DNA of 25,589 nucleotides. Origin: Candidatus Delongbacteria bacterium. GTDB lineage: Bacteria > Bacteroidota > Bacteroidia > Bacteroidales > ML635J-15. Both the position numbers and the translations under genes were made by a program. Location of the stretch: positions 1 to 25,589 of the forward strand of contig JAQIDD010000268.1 in assembly GCA_027858215.1 (NCBI GenBank), read 5' to 3'. Under the pieces are notes generated by a model that saw nothing but the letters and a program-made list of their open reading frames with translations, did no database searches and was not told the DNA's origin. This document shows positions 1-10,475 of this stretch, piece after piece; the first letter of the stretch is position 1, and every line of letters begins with the position of its first letter.

Positions 1-87
1 TCAGGATATTTATCTTTGGAACAATACAGAAAGGAACAAATCTGGCAAGAGAATAGTAAATATGGACAAGTCCCTAAAGTTACGTAA
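1..87 (+). CDS. Possible 3' end of an upstream gene running into the window (SGYLSLEQYRKEQIWQENSKYGQVPKVT*)
   Basis: Frame 1 is open from base 1 to a TAA TAA double stop at 85-90. Only 28 codons are visible and no family is recognisable. Confidence 0.3.
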   Translation, partial: SGYLSLEQYRKEQIWQENSKYGQVPKVT

Positions 88-189
88 TAAAAAAAAACAG
101 CTAATGTAAATAGTTTCAACACCATAATATTAAAAAAAAACCTGAAACACTACACCATAAAACCCCTTAAATCTATATTCATCATCATT

Positions 190-3100
190 GTGTTCTCTAT
201 TATGCCACAACTTATTTCCGCTCAATGTGGTGGTGGCGGTACAAACCAGGGAAGTTTGACAATGCTTCCTACATTTCAAACTATCAGTGTGAATAGTGGA
301 GACCGTTATACGTTTGAAGCTTTCTCCTACATTACTTATATTTTCTCATTTTGTCAGGGAGGTGGAAACAATACGATTGACACCCAATTAGAAATCTGTG
401 ATGAATTTGGTACCACTGTATATTCATATAATGATGATCAATGCGGACTTGGTTCTGAAATCACATGGAATCCTACTTCTTCCGGGACATACAGTATTGT
501 AATTCATCAATATTATTGCAATGATGGAGGTACTTCAGCAGGCACCATGGCCTACAGGGTAGTAACTCCCCCTTCGGAGGCTGACTGCCTGGGGGGCCTC
601 CCATTATGTAATACCAGCAACTCTCATCCTATTTCAGCATCTGGAGAAGGCAATTATGTTGATCTGTATGATTTTTACACCAATGATGGCATGGCGCATA
701 GTACATGGAATTGTCCAAACTGCCTCGTATCAGGTGAAGACAATGATATGTGGTACACATTCACTGTGCAATCAGGGGGATCATTGGAATTTACAATCAC
801 TCCTAATAATCCCGGGGACGACTATGATTGGGCTCTTTTTGACCTTACTTCTACTGATTGTTCCGATTTAATTAATTATTCTTCTTATCCTCCGGTGCGT
901 TGTAATTATTGTGGGACCACTGGAAACACTGGCATGACGTCAGGTAGCAACACATGTGAAGGACCCAACGCCTGCAATCAATTCAACAGCAGTATGGGAG
1001 TATCAGCAGGAGAAACCTATGCCATTATTGTAAATAACTATTCAGCATCAATAAATGGTTATAATATTAATTTTGGAGGAAGTACTGCATCAATCGTGGA
1101 TAATACAGGTCCTTATATGGAAGGATTGGTATATAACCCTGAATGCGGGTCAGCCACCTTGACAGTGCAATTCAGTGAACGCCTGTGGTGTACCAGCGTA
1201 CAGCCTAATGATTTCCTGTTAACCGGCCCGGAAGGAGAATATGATGTGGGGGATGTTTGGTCAGAAATATGCATGGCCGGCCTGGGATCCACTTACGGCG
1301 ATACTTATTATGATGATGTGTGGACATTAGACCTGAATGATTACCTTGAACATGACGGAAATTATACCCTTACTGTTTTGGGAGGTGGGGTTGATGACAT
1401 TTGTTCAAATTATTCACCTCAAAATTCAATAAATTTTTCCATTGCCGGGGTTGAGGCCGATACACTATACGGACACAGCTCTTGTTATGGCACTGACGAT
1501 GGCTGGGCCGAAGTAACAAACATCACTGGATCTGTGTCTCCTTATTCTATTACATGGACTGGGCCAGGTGGGTTTACTTCCACAAATGCAAGTATTTCAG
1601 GACTTGAACCAGGGGCTTACTCTGTTACGATTGATGATGCCAATGGAAGATGCGAATTTGTTGAAACCATAATTCTTTACGAGCCTGATCAGATTACGTT
1701 TAACACATCAACAACCAATCCCGGATGTAATAATAACGATGGAGTAATCACTGCCAATGGCATAAGCGGGATGTTCCCTCCTTATGATATTGCCTGTACA
1801 GGACAATCAACTGCATATAATACAGCCAGTCATACTTTTGGTGGTTTACCTGATGGTAATTACACCATTACAGTCACTGATGATCGCGGATGTTCGAACA
1901 CAAACACCGTAACACTTACCGCCCCCCCTATTGCTGATGCTACATTTACGTACAATGGAAATCAGTGCCTGGATAATCAGTCATTTGATTTTACTCACAC
2001 CGGAGCATCTGTAGTGGGCGAAACTTACAACTGGTCATTCAGTGGTGGTACACCAGCCTCATCAACCGCTGAAAATCCAACGGGAGTAACGTTTGGTTCT
2101 TCCGGAGCACATAACGTATCACTTACTGTAACCGCAGGGTCATGTATTGATTCATATAACCTGAATGTCAATGTTTACCTGCTTCCAGATCCCAATGTCA
2201 CAACAACGGATGATAACTGTGGCGTATGTGATGGTACTGCATCAGCAACAACAGGACTCAGCTCTTATAACTGGTCTTCGGGAGGATCAACGGATACTGA
2301 AACAGGCCTCTGTCCCGGGAATTATTCAGTGACAGTAACCAATGCTAATGGCTGTTCAAATACCGAAGCCTTTACAATTAACAGCGTCGGAACACTGCCC
2401 ACAGCTAATGTTGTTACAACAGATCCAACATGTTTTGGCGATTGTGACGGGACAGCCACTGTTAATGCTTCAGGGCCACCTACATTTACCTACCAGTATT
2501 CTGCAGGATCAACACCAAACAATCAAACAACAGGTGGCTTGTGTGACGGGAATTATACTGTTACCGTTGGAGATGGTGCCAATCCTGCATGTTATGTGGT
2601 AGAAAACTTTAGCATTAATGATCCCGTGGGAATGACATTAACCATGAGTGGTACAGATGCCAACTGCGGCTTGTCAAATGGATCTGCTTCTGTTACCGTT
2701 GGAGGAACATATACCCTGCCGTTGAATTATAACTGGTCAAATGGAGGAACCAACGGAACCATTAATGGTATTCCTGCAGGAAATTATACAGTCACCGTAA
2801 GCGATGGAAACGGATGTACTGCATCCAACAACATTGTTATCAATGATACAGGCGTTCCGTTTACTACCTCTGTCACTGTAAACCAAAATGCACAATGTAA
2901 CGGGGCCTGTGACGGTTCTGCTACAGCAAGTGCTGCCGGTAGTCCCGGCCCTTATTCTTACAACTGGAGCAGTGGTACAAATCCAACAAATGCTACTGTC
3001 ACCGATCTTTGCGCAGGTACACACTCCGTAACCATATCTGAAGGCGCCTGTAGCGTTGTTGAAACCGTAAGCATTACCGAACCAACAGCCATTACAGGCA

Positions 3101-6100
3101 CTGTCACTTCAAGTGATGCCCACTGCGGCCAATCCGATGGTGATATTACTGTCAGTGCTTCAGGCGGAACAGTATCAGGGGATTATGACTATGAATGGGA
3201 CTGTGTTCCCGCTCAGTTTACTGCAACAGCATCAAGTCTGCCGGCAGGTACGTATCACGTTACAGTAACAGACGACAACAACTGTACTGTTGAATTTACC
3301 GGTAGTATCCCAGATGTTGGCGGCGTGTCCCTCAACGAAACACATTCTGCAACGCTTTGCTCATATTCATCCGACGGAACTGCAACCATCAATGTGCTTG
3401 CCGGGGATCCCGATTTTACATATGACTGGTCACACGGCGTAAGCAACACAACATCCGCAACAAGCCATACTTTAAACAACCTCGCTCCCGGACCATATAC
3501 AGTTACTGTCACCGATACATGGGGATGTTCCGCTGTAACTAATTTTACCATCAATGCAGCACCTGTGCTTGACGCTACCATTTCAAGCTCTACAGATGCT
3601 TCTTGTAATGGAGGTTGTGACGGCACAGCAAGTGTCACTGCTTCAGGGGGAACAGGGGCATATACCTATGATTGGGGAGTGGGTAATGGCAGTGCTCCGG
3701 CACAACCCGACAACTTTGATATGTGTTCAGGAAATTATACCGTTACTGTTACAGATGCCAACAATTGCACTGCTACTGCTTCCGCCTCTATTGGGGAACC
3801 CACCGCCTTGAGCCTGGCCATGAACAGCACAGATACACATTGTGCACAACCCAATGGTTCTGCCATGGTACTACCATCTGGAGGAACTTTGCCTTATACA
3901 TATGTATGGTCTGACGGAACTACAAGCCAATCCAATATTCATCTGGCTCCGGGGCACTATTGTGTAACAGTTACTGATGATAATGGTTGCCAGGATTCAC
4001 TCTGTGTGGATATTCTCAATGAGCCTGATCCAACCGTATCCATTTCCAACACAACTGACATTACTTGTTACGGAGATAATGATGGAACTGCCACTGTTTC
4101 AATAGGCGGAGGAAGCCCCCCTTTTGATATTGAATGGGGAACTACTCCTGTGCAGAATACAGCAACGGCAACTAATTTAAGCCCCGGCACACATTATGTA
4201 ACAGTAGCTGATATGTATGGCTGTTCTTATCAGGCCAGTGCTACCATCAATGAACCCTCCGAACTTTCTGTTACGACAAATGCACCCATTATTAATTGTT
4301 TTGGAGATTGTGATGGATCTGCATTGGCGAATCCTTCGGGAGGCACATCCCCTTATACTTACCTCTGGAGTGATTTTCAGAACACCCAAATGGCTAGCAG
4401 CTTATGCGCAGGAGTTTATACCGTTACTGTAACTGACGATAACGGATGCACAGTTGAAGATGATGTAACCCTTGATCAAAATTCTGAAATTATAGTAACT
4501 GCAGATATTACAGCATCCGATTGCGGACAATCCAATGGTGAAATTGATCTTACTGTATCAGGGGGATCGTATCCTTACGACTTTGACTGGGCTTACGGGC
4601 CACATACTGAAGATTTACCGGGTATTCCTGCAGGTACTTATGAAGTTACCATTACCGATAACAAAGGCTGTCAGGCCATTGAGGTATTTGCGGTCAATGA
4701 TATCTCCGGGCCAACCGTCAACATAAGTTCATCATCAGATGCTTTATGCTCTGGTTCATGTAACGGGCAAGCTACTGCAACCGTTACGGGAGGAACAGGA
4801 CCCTTTGATTATGAGTGGAATACCACGCCTGTACAAACAAATCCATCCGCAACCAACCTTTGTGCAGGATCATATTCGGTTGAAGTTACCGATATGACAA
4901 CAGGATGTGTAGCTACCTCAAGCGTAACCATCAATGAACCTCTCCAGTTGGATGTACACGGTGTTAAAGTAGATCCCTCATGCTACAATGCTTGTGACGG
5001 GGAAATTCAATTGACAACCTATGACGGAACGCCTCCCTATACTTACACGTGGACAGGGCCGGGCACATTGCCCACAACTGAAGATCTGACAGGCCTTTGT
5101 GCTGGTTCTTATACCGTTGTAATCGAAGATGCCAATGGATGTATGGTGACAAGAAACTACATCCTTATCGAACCAGATTTTGTCAACGTTACCACTGCAG
5201 TTGTCATGACAAATTGCAATGGTTCATGTGACGGAGAAGCAACAGCAAACGCCGTTGGAGGCACCGGTTCTTATACCTACGAATGGAGCGATGGCAACAA
5301 TCAAACATCACAAACTGCCGTGAATCTGTGTCCCGGCACTTATGGTGTGACTGTAACCGATGGCAATGGATGTACCGGAAATGGGATTGCCAATGTGCCG
5401 GATCCTTCTGCATTGCAATTTGCCAGTACTTCAACAACTGATGCCAGTTGTAATGGCCTTGCCGATGGTTCAGCAAGTGTTTCCATTCTTGGTGGTAGTC
5501 CGCCATATACTTACAGTTGGTCGTCAGGATCCACTAACAGCACAGCAAACAACCTTCCGGAGGGAACACATTGCGTAACCGTTTTGGATGATAATAGCTG
5601 TATGATAGAAACATGTATGGATATTGACGAACCTGCCCCCATCAATATAGTTATGGATGCAACAAATGAATCCTGTAACGGATATTGTGATGGTGAAATC
5701 ACAGCTAATGTGACAGGTGGAACTCCTGGATATTCTTATACATGGTCAAACACAGCCACATCTCAAACAAATGATAACCTTTGTGTTGGCTTATACTTGC
5801 TCACGGTTACTGATAATAATGGTTGTGAGCAAAATGCCAGTGCCAGCATTAACGGACCGGTTATCCTCGATATAGTCGTTCAGGATACTGTAATGCCGCA
5901 CTGTGGAAACAACGATGGTTCGATTACCATTGGTGTGATTGGAGGAACAGCACCTTATACGTATGCATGGCAAAACTATCCCTCAGAAACAACGTCCTCC
6001 CTGAGCAACATACCTAACGGAAATTACACCGTGTCCGTTACCGATGATAATGGTTGTTCAACATCACACACCATTGACTTAAATGATATATCTGCACCAG

Positions 6101-8508
6101 TCATTGACAATATTGTCATTACCAATGTAGATTGTTTTGGAAATGCTACAGGTGAAGCAGAAGTATTTTTCACAAGCTCAACACCTTTTAACACCATCAG
6201 TTGGAATGATCCTGCGAGTCAAAGCAGCGCTCATGCTGTTAACCTCGAAGCCGGACAATATACGGTACAAATCGTTGATGACAATGGTTGTTCTACCAGT
6301 GAAACCATTACCATTACCGAGCCATCTGTTTTACAAGGCCGTGTTGACAGTTATACTGATGCCACCTGCAACGGATTTTGCAACGGAACAGCTCAGGCAT
6401 TGTTCATTGGTGGGACACCACCTGTTACATACAGTTGGACAGGAGGATTAAGCGGACAAAATGTAAGCGGTCTGTGTGCAGGTACCTACTATTTAACGAC
6501 TACTGATGCCAACGGATGTACATCAGAAGACCAGGTTACCATTTCAGAACCAACTCCAATGACATTGACTGAAAACATTACATCCGTATTATGCCCGGGT
6601 GGAAATAATGGATCAATATCAGTTTCTGTCAGCGGGGGATCAGGAAACTATGATTATGAATGGTTTGGCACATCAGGGAATGATCCCACTGTCAGTGGGC
6701 TTACTTCAGCAAATTATACGGTTGTGGTTTACAATGCAAACGATTACGCTTGCTTTGTTACTGAAAACTATTTTGTTCCTGAACCCGATCCCATTGATGC
6801 TACATTTGGAAGTGTAAACGCCACTTGTAATCAGGATAACGGAACCGCATACGTAGAGTCCATTTCCGGCGGGACGCCAGGATACAGTTACTCATGGACG
6901 CCTGGAAACATTATAGGAACAGATTCTGCAACTAACCTTGCTCCCGGCAGTTACGTATGTCAGGTTACGGATGCTTATGGATGCCAGGCAAGTTTTGATG
7001 TGGATGTAGATGAAACATTAGCACCTCAACTTGACAACACTATTGTACAACCTGTTACTTGTTTTGGATACAATGATGGATACGGAGAAGTTGTAGTTTC
7101 AGGAGGAACACCACCTTACAGTTACCAATGGAATCCCAACGTTACTGATCAGGCAAGCAGCAACACACTGGAAGCCGGTCTTTATACAGTTACGGTAACC
7201 GACGTCAATGGATGTGAAGTGTATGCCACTCTGCCCATTAGCAGTCCTGATGAACTTATCGCTATGCCAACAGGAACAGATACCATTTGCATTGGACAAA
7301 CAACCAATATTAACGTTACTGCTTCAGGCGGAACTCCCCCATATACTTACGATTGGGAATTGCTTGGAAATGGCGCTGCACATAATGTTTCCCCTGAAGT
7401 GACTACAAACTATGTAGTTACCACCATCGACAATGCAGGGTGCTCCTCAGAAGTTGAAGCTGTTGAAATAACAGTCAGGCCACCTCTGGATCTAGTTGTG
7501 ACATCGCCGGGAGCAGTTTGTCTCGGGCAAACAGCCGTGTTACTGGCTACAGCCAAAGGTGGTAACGGAGACTATACATACAACTGGGGACATGGCATTG
7601 TTACCAACAATCCCCAATTGGCATTCAGCCCGGAAACACAAACCTATTTTGAGGTTATTCTTACGGATGGATGCGGAACACCGGCTGACACGGCTGAAAT
7701 TACGCTTAATGTTTCGCCTCAACCTGAAATTGATATCATTCGTACTCCATCGAAAGGATGTGCTCCGTTGAGCGTAAATTTCGATAACAATACAAGCAAT
7801 TATACCTATGCATATCACTGGGATTTCGATGATGAAGATTCCGGAGACAACAATACATCCACACTAAAAAGACCTGTCCATTATTTTGAAGAGCCCGGGT
7901 ACTACGATGTATCTGTTGTAGTTACAACAGACCAGGGATGTACTGACTCAACCACTGTGAATGTTAGAATCAAAGAAAATCCGACTGCCGATTTTACAGC
8001 ACAACCATGGACAACAAGTGCTTTCACCTCGTCAATACATTTTAATGATCAGTCAATTGAGGCTACTCGTTGGAAATGGCTGTTTGGAGATAATGGAACC
8101 AGTACAGAACAGAATCCTGATTACGTCTTTGAAAATTATGGTGACATTCCCGTAACATTAATTGCATACAACAATATAGGTTGTACTGATACCATTACCC
8201 AAAAAGTGCACATCATTGAAGAACATCGTTTTTATGTACCAACGGCCATTAACCTGTACTCACAGGAGAACAATGCATTTGGACCTGTTGGCAAAGGGAT
8301 TGACTATGATTCTTATAAAATGACCGTATTCAACCGCTGGGGAGAACCTCTCTTTACTACAACAGATTTTAACGAGAAATGGCTGGGAAGAACCGAAAAC
8401 AATAAAGGCGATTACGTCCAGAATGGTACTTATACCTGGGTCATTACATTAAAAGATAAATTTGGCAAAGAACATTTGTATTCAGGTGCAGTAACCGTAT
8501 TTAATTAA
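190..8508 (+). CDS. Giant SprB-repeat/PKD surface adhesin-like protein with a T9SS type B (gliding-motility-associated/CHU_C-type) C-terminal domain; true start probably upstream (CTG at 142)
   Basis: 2772-aa ORF. N-terminal Cys-rich domains (DCLGGLPLC...DYDWALFD...VRCNY). 24 SprB-type repeats counted by eye (C-x(3-4)-[DN]G...YxW...L..GxYxVTVTDxNGC). PKD-like domains near residue ~600 and twice near the C-terminus (YHWDF...PVHYF..PG.Y.V; WKWLFGDNGTSTEQNP). C-terminal FYVP...VFNRWGE...W.G...GTYTW. Confidence 0.92.
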   Translation: MFSIMPQLISAQCGGGGTNQGSLTMLPTFQTISVNSGDRYTFEAFSYITYIFSFCQGGGNNTIDTQLEICDEFGTTVYSYNDDQCGLGSEITWNPTSSGTYSIVIHQYYCNDGGTSAGTMAYRVVTPPSEADCLGGLPLCNTSNSHPISASGEGNYVDLYDFYTNDGMAHSTWNCPNCLVSGEDNDMWYTFTVQSGGSLEFTITPNNPGDDYDWALFDLTSTDCSDLINYSSYPPVRCNYCGTTGNTGMTSGSNTCEGPNACNQFNSSMGVSAGETYAIIVNNYSASINGYNINFGGSTASIVDNTGPYMEGLVYNPECGSATLTVQFSERLWCTSVQPNDFLLTGPEGEYDVGDVWSEICMAGLGSTYGDTYYDDVWTLDLNDYLEHDGNYTLTVLGGGVDDICSNYSPQNSINFSIAGVEADTLYGHSSCYGTDDGWAEVTNITGSVSPYSITWTGPGGFTSTNASISGLEPGAYSVTIDDANGRCEFVETIILYEPDQITFNTSTTNPGCNNNDGVITANGISGMFPPYDIACTGQSTAYNTASHTFGGLPDGNYTITVTDDRGCSNTNTVTLTAPPIADATFTYNGNQCLDNQSFDFTHTGASVVGETYNWSFSGGTPASSTAENPTGVTFGSSGAHNVSLTVTAGSCIDSYNLNVNVYLLPDPNVTTTDDNCGVCDGTASATTGLSSYNWSSGGSTDTETGLCPGNYSVTVTNANGCSNTEAFTINSVGTLPTANVVTTDPTCFGDCDGTATVNASGPPTFTYQYSAGSTPNNQTTGGLCDGNYTVTVGDGANPACYVVENFSINDPVGMTLTMSGTDANCGLSNGSASVTVGGTYTLPLNYNWSNGGTNGTINGIPAGNYTVTVSDGNGCTASNNIVINDTGVPFTTSVTVNQNAQCNGACDGSATASAAGSPGPYSYNWSSGTNPTNATVTDLCAGTHSVTISEGACSVVETVSITEPTAITGTVTSSDAHCGQSDGDITVSASGGTVSGDYDYEWDCVPAQFTATASSLPAGTYHVTVTDDNNCTVEFTGSIPDVGGVSLNETHSATLCSYSSDGTATINVLAGDPDFTYDWSHGVSNTTSATSHTLNNLAPGPYTVTVTDTWGCSAVTNFTINAAPVLDATISSSTDASCNGGCDGTASVTASGGTGAYTYDWGVGNGSAPAQPDNFDMCSGNYTVTVTDANNCTATASASIGEPTALSLAMNSTDTHCAQPNGSAMVLPSGGTLPYTYVWSDGTTSQSNIHLAPGHYCVTVTDDNGCQDSLCVDILNEPDPTVSISNTTDITCYGDNDGTATVSIGGGSPPFDIEWGTTPVQNTATATNLSPGTHYVTVADMYGCSYQASATINEPSELSVTTNAPIINCFGDCDGSALANPSGGTSPYTYLWSDFQNTQMASSLCAGVYTVTVTDDNGCTVEDDVTLDQNSEIIVTADITASDCGQSNGEIDLTVSGGSYPYDFDWAYGPHTEDLPGIPAGTYEVTITDNKGCQAIEVFAVNDISGPTVNISSSSDALCSGSCNGQATATVTGGTGPFDYEWNTTPVQTNPSATNLCAGSYSVEVTDMTTGCVATSSVTINEPLQLDVHGVKVDPSCYNACDGEIQLTTYDGTPPYTYTWTGPGTLPTTEDLTGLCAGSYTVVIEDANGCMVTRNYILIEPDFVNVTTAVVMTNCNGSCDGEATANAVGGTGSYTYEWSDGNNQTSQTAVNLCPGTYGVTVTDGNGCTGNGIANVPDPSALQFASTSTTDASCNGLADGSASVSILGGSPPYTYSWSSGSTNSTANNLPEGTHCVTVLDDNSCMIETCMDIDEPAPINIVMDATNESCNGYCDGEITANVTGGTPGYSYTWSNTATSQTNDNLCVGLYLLTVTDNNGCEQNASASINGPVILDIVVQDTVMPHCGNNDGSITIGVIGGTAPYTYAWQNYPSETTSSLSNIPNGNYTVSVTDDNGCSTSHTIDLNDISAPVIDNIVITNVDCFGNATGEAEVFFTSSTPFNTISWNDPASQSSAHAVNLEAGQYTVQIVDDNGCSTSETITITEPSVLQGRVDSYTDATCNGFCNGTAQALFIGGTPPVTYSWTGGLSGQNVSGLCAGTYYLTTTDANGCTSEDQVTISEPTPMTLTENITSVLCPGGNNGSISVSVSGGSGNYDYEWFGTSGNDPTVSGLTSANYTVVVYNANDYACFVTENYFVPEPDPIDATFGSVNATCNQDNGTAYVESISGGTPGYSYSWTPGNIIGTDSATNLAPGSYVCQVTDAYGCQASFDVDVDETLAPQLDNTIVQPVTCFGYNDGYGEVVVSGGTPPYSYQWNPNVTDQASSNTLEAGLYTVTVTDVNGCEVYATLPISSPDELIAMPTGTDTICIGQTTNINVTASGGTPPYTYDWELLGNGAAHNVSPEVTTNYVVTTIDNAGCSSEVEAVEITVRPPLDLVVTSPGAVCLGQTAVLLATAKGGNGDYTYNWGHGIVTNNPQLAFSPETQTYFEVILTDGCGTPADTAEITLNVSPQPEIDIIRTPSKGCAPLSVNFDNNTSNYTYAYHWDFDDEDSGDNNTSTLKRPVHYFEEPGYYDVSVVVTTDQGCTDSTTVNVRIKENPTADFTAQPWTTSAFTSSIHFNDQSIEATRWKWLFGDNGTSTEQNPDYVFENYGDIPVTLIAYNNIGCTDTITQKVHIIEEHRFYVPTAINLYSQENNAFGPVGKGIDYDSYKMTVFNRWGEPLFTTTDFNEKWLGRTENNKGDYVQNGTYTWVITLKDKFGKEHLYSGAVTVFN

Positions 8509-8518
8509 TATAATCTAC

Positions 8519-8539
8519 TTAGAAAAAAACATTTTCTAA
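8519..8539 (+). terminator. Weak AT-rich hairpin after the giant gene, possible terminator
   Basis: ttagaaaa (8519-8526) / ttttctaa (8532-8539) with a 5-nt loop. No GC-rich stem or clear U-tract. Confidence 0.25.
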
Positions 8540-8560
8540 AAGGATTGACAGTTGTTCTGT

Positions 8561-8588
8561 TTTGATTCTTAAAAAACATGTATTTTCG
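8561..8588 (+). promoter_or_regulatory. Candidate Bacteroidota sigma-A promoter for mutAB
   Basis: TTTG at 8561-8564 and TATTTTCG at 8581-8588 (one mismatch to TAnnTTTG); 16-nt spacing is somewhat short. Confidence 0.4.
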
Positions 8589-8616
8589 CAGCAGATAAAT
8601 AAATAAGAATTATATT

Positions 8617-10464
8617 ATGGCTACTGATCAAAATTTATTTGAAGTTTTTCCTCAAGTCAGCACAGCAGAATGGATGGAAAAAATCAAAAAAGATCTAAAA
8701 GGGGCTGACTTTGACCGTAAGCTGGTCTGGCGTACCCTGGAAGGATTCAATCTTATGCCTTTCTACAGGACAGAAGACCTGCGTGATAAAGATTACCTCA
8801 ACACACATCCGGGAGAATTTCCTTACACCCGTGGCACAGAAGTCAAAAACGACTGGCTCATACGACAAGACATTGACGTTGATGATGTAAAAGCAGCCAA
8901 TAAAAAAGCGTTGGATATGCTCAACAAAGGTGTGACAGCCATTGGGTTCAATGTAAAACAAAAACTGACTCCCAACGATATCGAAACCCTGCTCGACGGC
9001 ATTGTCATTGATGCCTTGCCGGTGTATTTTAACACAGACCACAACACAAATCATCTGAATGTACTGGCTGAGTATGTAACTAATAAAGGCCTCGATAAAC
9101 ATAAAATCACAGGAGCAGAAGATTTTGATCCGCTAAGCGCACTGGTTTTGAATGGCTTTATCCGGTCAGGTAAACAAACCTGGGACGTGGTTGAAAAAAT
9201 CATGTCTGATGCGAAAGAAAAACTCCCGGCATATCGCCCCATTAGCATCCATGCCAAAAACTTCCAGAATGCCGGCTCCAACCTTACACAAGAACTGGCT
9301 TTTGGGTTGTCAATGGCTGTCGAATACCTGGATAACTTAACAGAAGCCGGATTAAGTATAGATGACATTGCACCACGCCTTCAATTCAATTTTGCTACCG
9401 GAAGCAATTATTTCATGGAAATTGCAAAACTCAGGGCAGCAAGGCTGCTTTGGGCAAAAATTGTCAATAAATACAAGCCTGAACACTCGGAGGCAGAAAA
9501 AATGCACATTCATGCAGAAACCGCTACATGGAACATGACCGTGTATGACCCTTATGTAAATATGTTGCGTGCTACCACGGAAACCATGTCTGCTGCACTG
9601 GGCGGTGCCAAAAGCATCAATGTACTGCCTGCCAACATCGCTTATGAAGAGCCTACAGGATTTTCAGAACGCATGGCAAGAAACATACAGCTTATCCTGC
9701 AGAAAGAAGCGCATTTTAATAAAGTCCAGGATCCCGCTGCAGGCTCGTATTACATTGAAAACTTAACTGATAACATAGCTGAGAAAAGCTGGAAATTATT
9801 CCTTGACATTGAAAATTCAGGTGGTTTCATACAGGCATTTAAAGACAATATCATTCAGGATATAATTGATGACACCATTGCCACACGTAAAAAGAAACTG
9901 TCAACACGAAAAGAAGTGCTTGTCGGCACATCACAATATCCAAACAAGGACGACAGGATTGACGAAAACATCAACCTCAACCGCTTGTTTGATTCTCAGA
10001 AAAAAGATACCGGCAATGGCCGTCCCCTGAGGTTATTTCGCATTGCAGAGGAATTTGAAGCGTTGCGAATAAAAACAGAAAAGAGCAAAACCATCCCTAA
10101 AGTATTTTTGCTCACTATTGGCAAACCGGCAATGAGAAGTGCCAGGGCACAATTTGCATCCGGATTTTTTGCCGTGGCTGGGTTTGATATCGTCAATAAT
10201 ATTGGCTTTGATACCATTGAAGAAGGCTATAAAGAAGCGGAAAAAGCCGGTGCCAATATCATTGTGTTGTGCAGTTCAGATGATGAATATGAACAATTTG
10301 GCAAAACACTGGCCGACATAAACAAAGATAAAGCCATACTCGTTGTTGCAGGAAATCCGGCATGCAAACCGGCGTTGGAAAAAGCAGGGATAAAGCATTT
10401 TATTCATGTCAAATCAGATGTACTGTCAACATTAGAGGATTTTCAAACAATTTTGGGAATATAA
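8617..10464 (+). CDS. mutA: Methylmalonyl-CoA mutase small (non-catalytic) subunit
   Basis: 615 aa with MCM motifs ([48 protein letters not shown]). C-terminal B12-like domain lacks DxHxxG. Lies directly upstream of the large subunit. Confidence 0.93.
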   Translation: MATDQNLFEVFPQVSTAEWMEKIKKDLKGADFDRKLVWRTLEGFNLMPFYRTEDLRDKDYLNTHPGEFPYTRGTEVKNDWLIRQDIDVDDVKAANKKALDMLNKGVTAIGFNVKQKLTPNDIETLLDGIVIDALPVYFNTDHNTNHLNVLAEYVTNKGLDKHKITGAEDFDPLSALVLNGFIRSGKQTWDVVEKIMSDAKEKLPAYRPISIHAKNFQNAGSNLTQELAFGLSMAVEYLDNLTEAGLSIDDIAPRLQFNFATGSNYFMEIAKLRAARLLWAKIVNKYKPEHSEAEKMHIHAETATWNMTVYDPYVNMLRATTETMSAALGGAKSINVLPANIAYEEPTGFSERMARNIQLILQKEAHFNKVQDPAAGSYYIENLTDNIAEKSWKLFLDIENSGGFIQAFKDNIIQDIIDDTIATRKKKLSTRKEVLVGTSQYPNKDDRIDENINLNRLFDSQKKDTGNGRPLRLFRIAEEFEALRIKTEKSKTIPKVFLLTIGKPAMRSARAQFASGFFAVAGFDIVNNIGFDTIEEGYKEAEKAGANIIVLCSSDDEYEQFGKTLADINKDKAILVVAGNPACKPALEKAGIKHFIHVKSDVLSTLEDFQTILGI

Positions 10465-10475
10465 ATTTTAAAATT

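Noticed and set aside
656-8155. Many short alternative-frame and antisense ORFs inside the giant gene
   Set aside because: They are shadows of a repeat-rich ORF with biased codons (ACN, GGN, GAY) and show no motifs or independent start signals.
10362-10475. 38-aa N-terminal extension of the mutase large subunit in the ORF track
   Set aside because: It overlaps the mutA 3' end; ATG 10476 gives a typical length and context.
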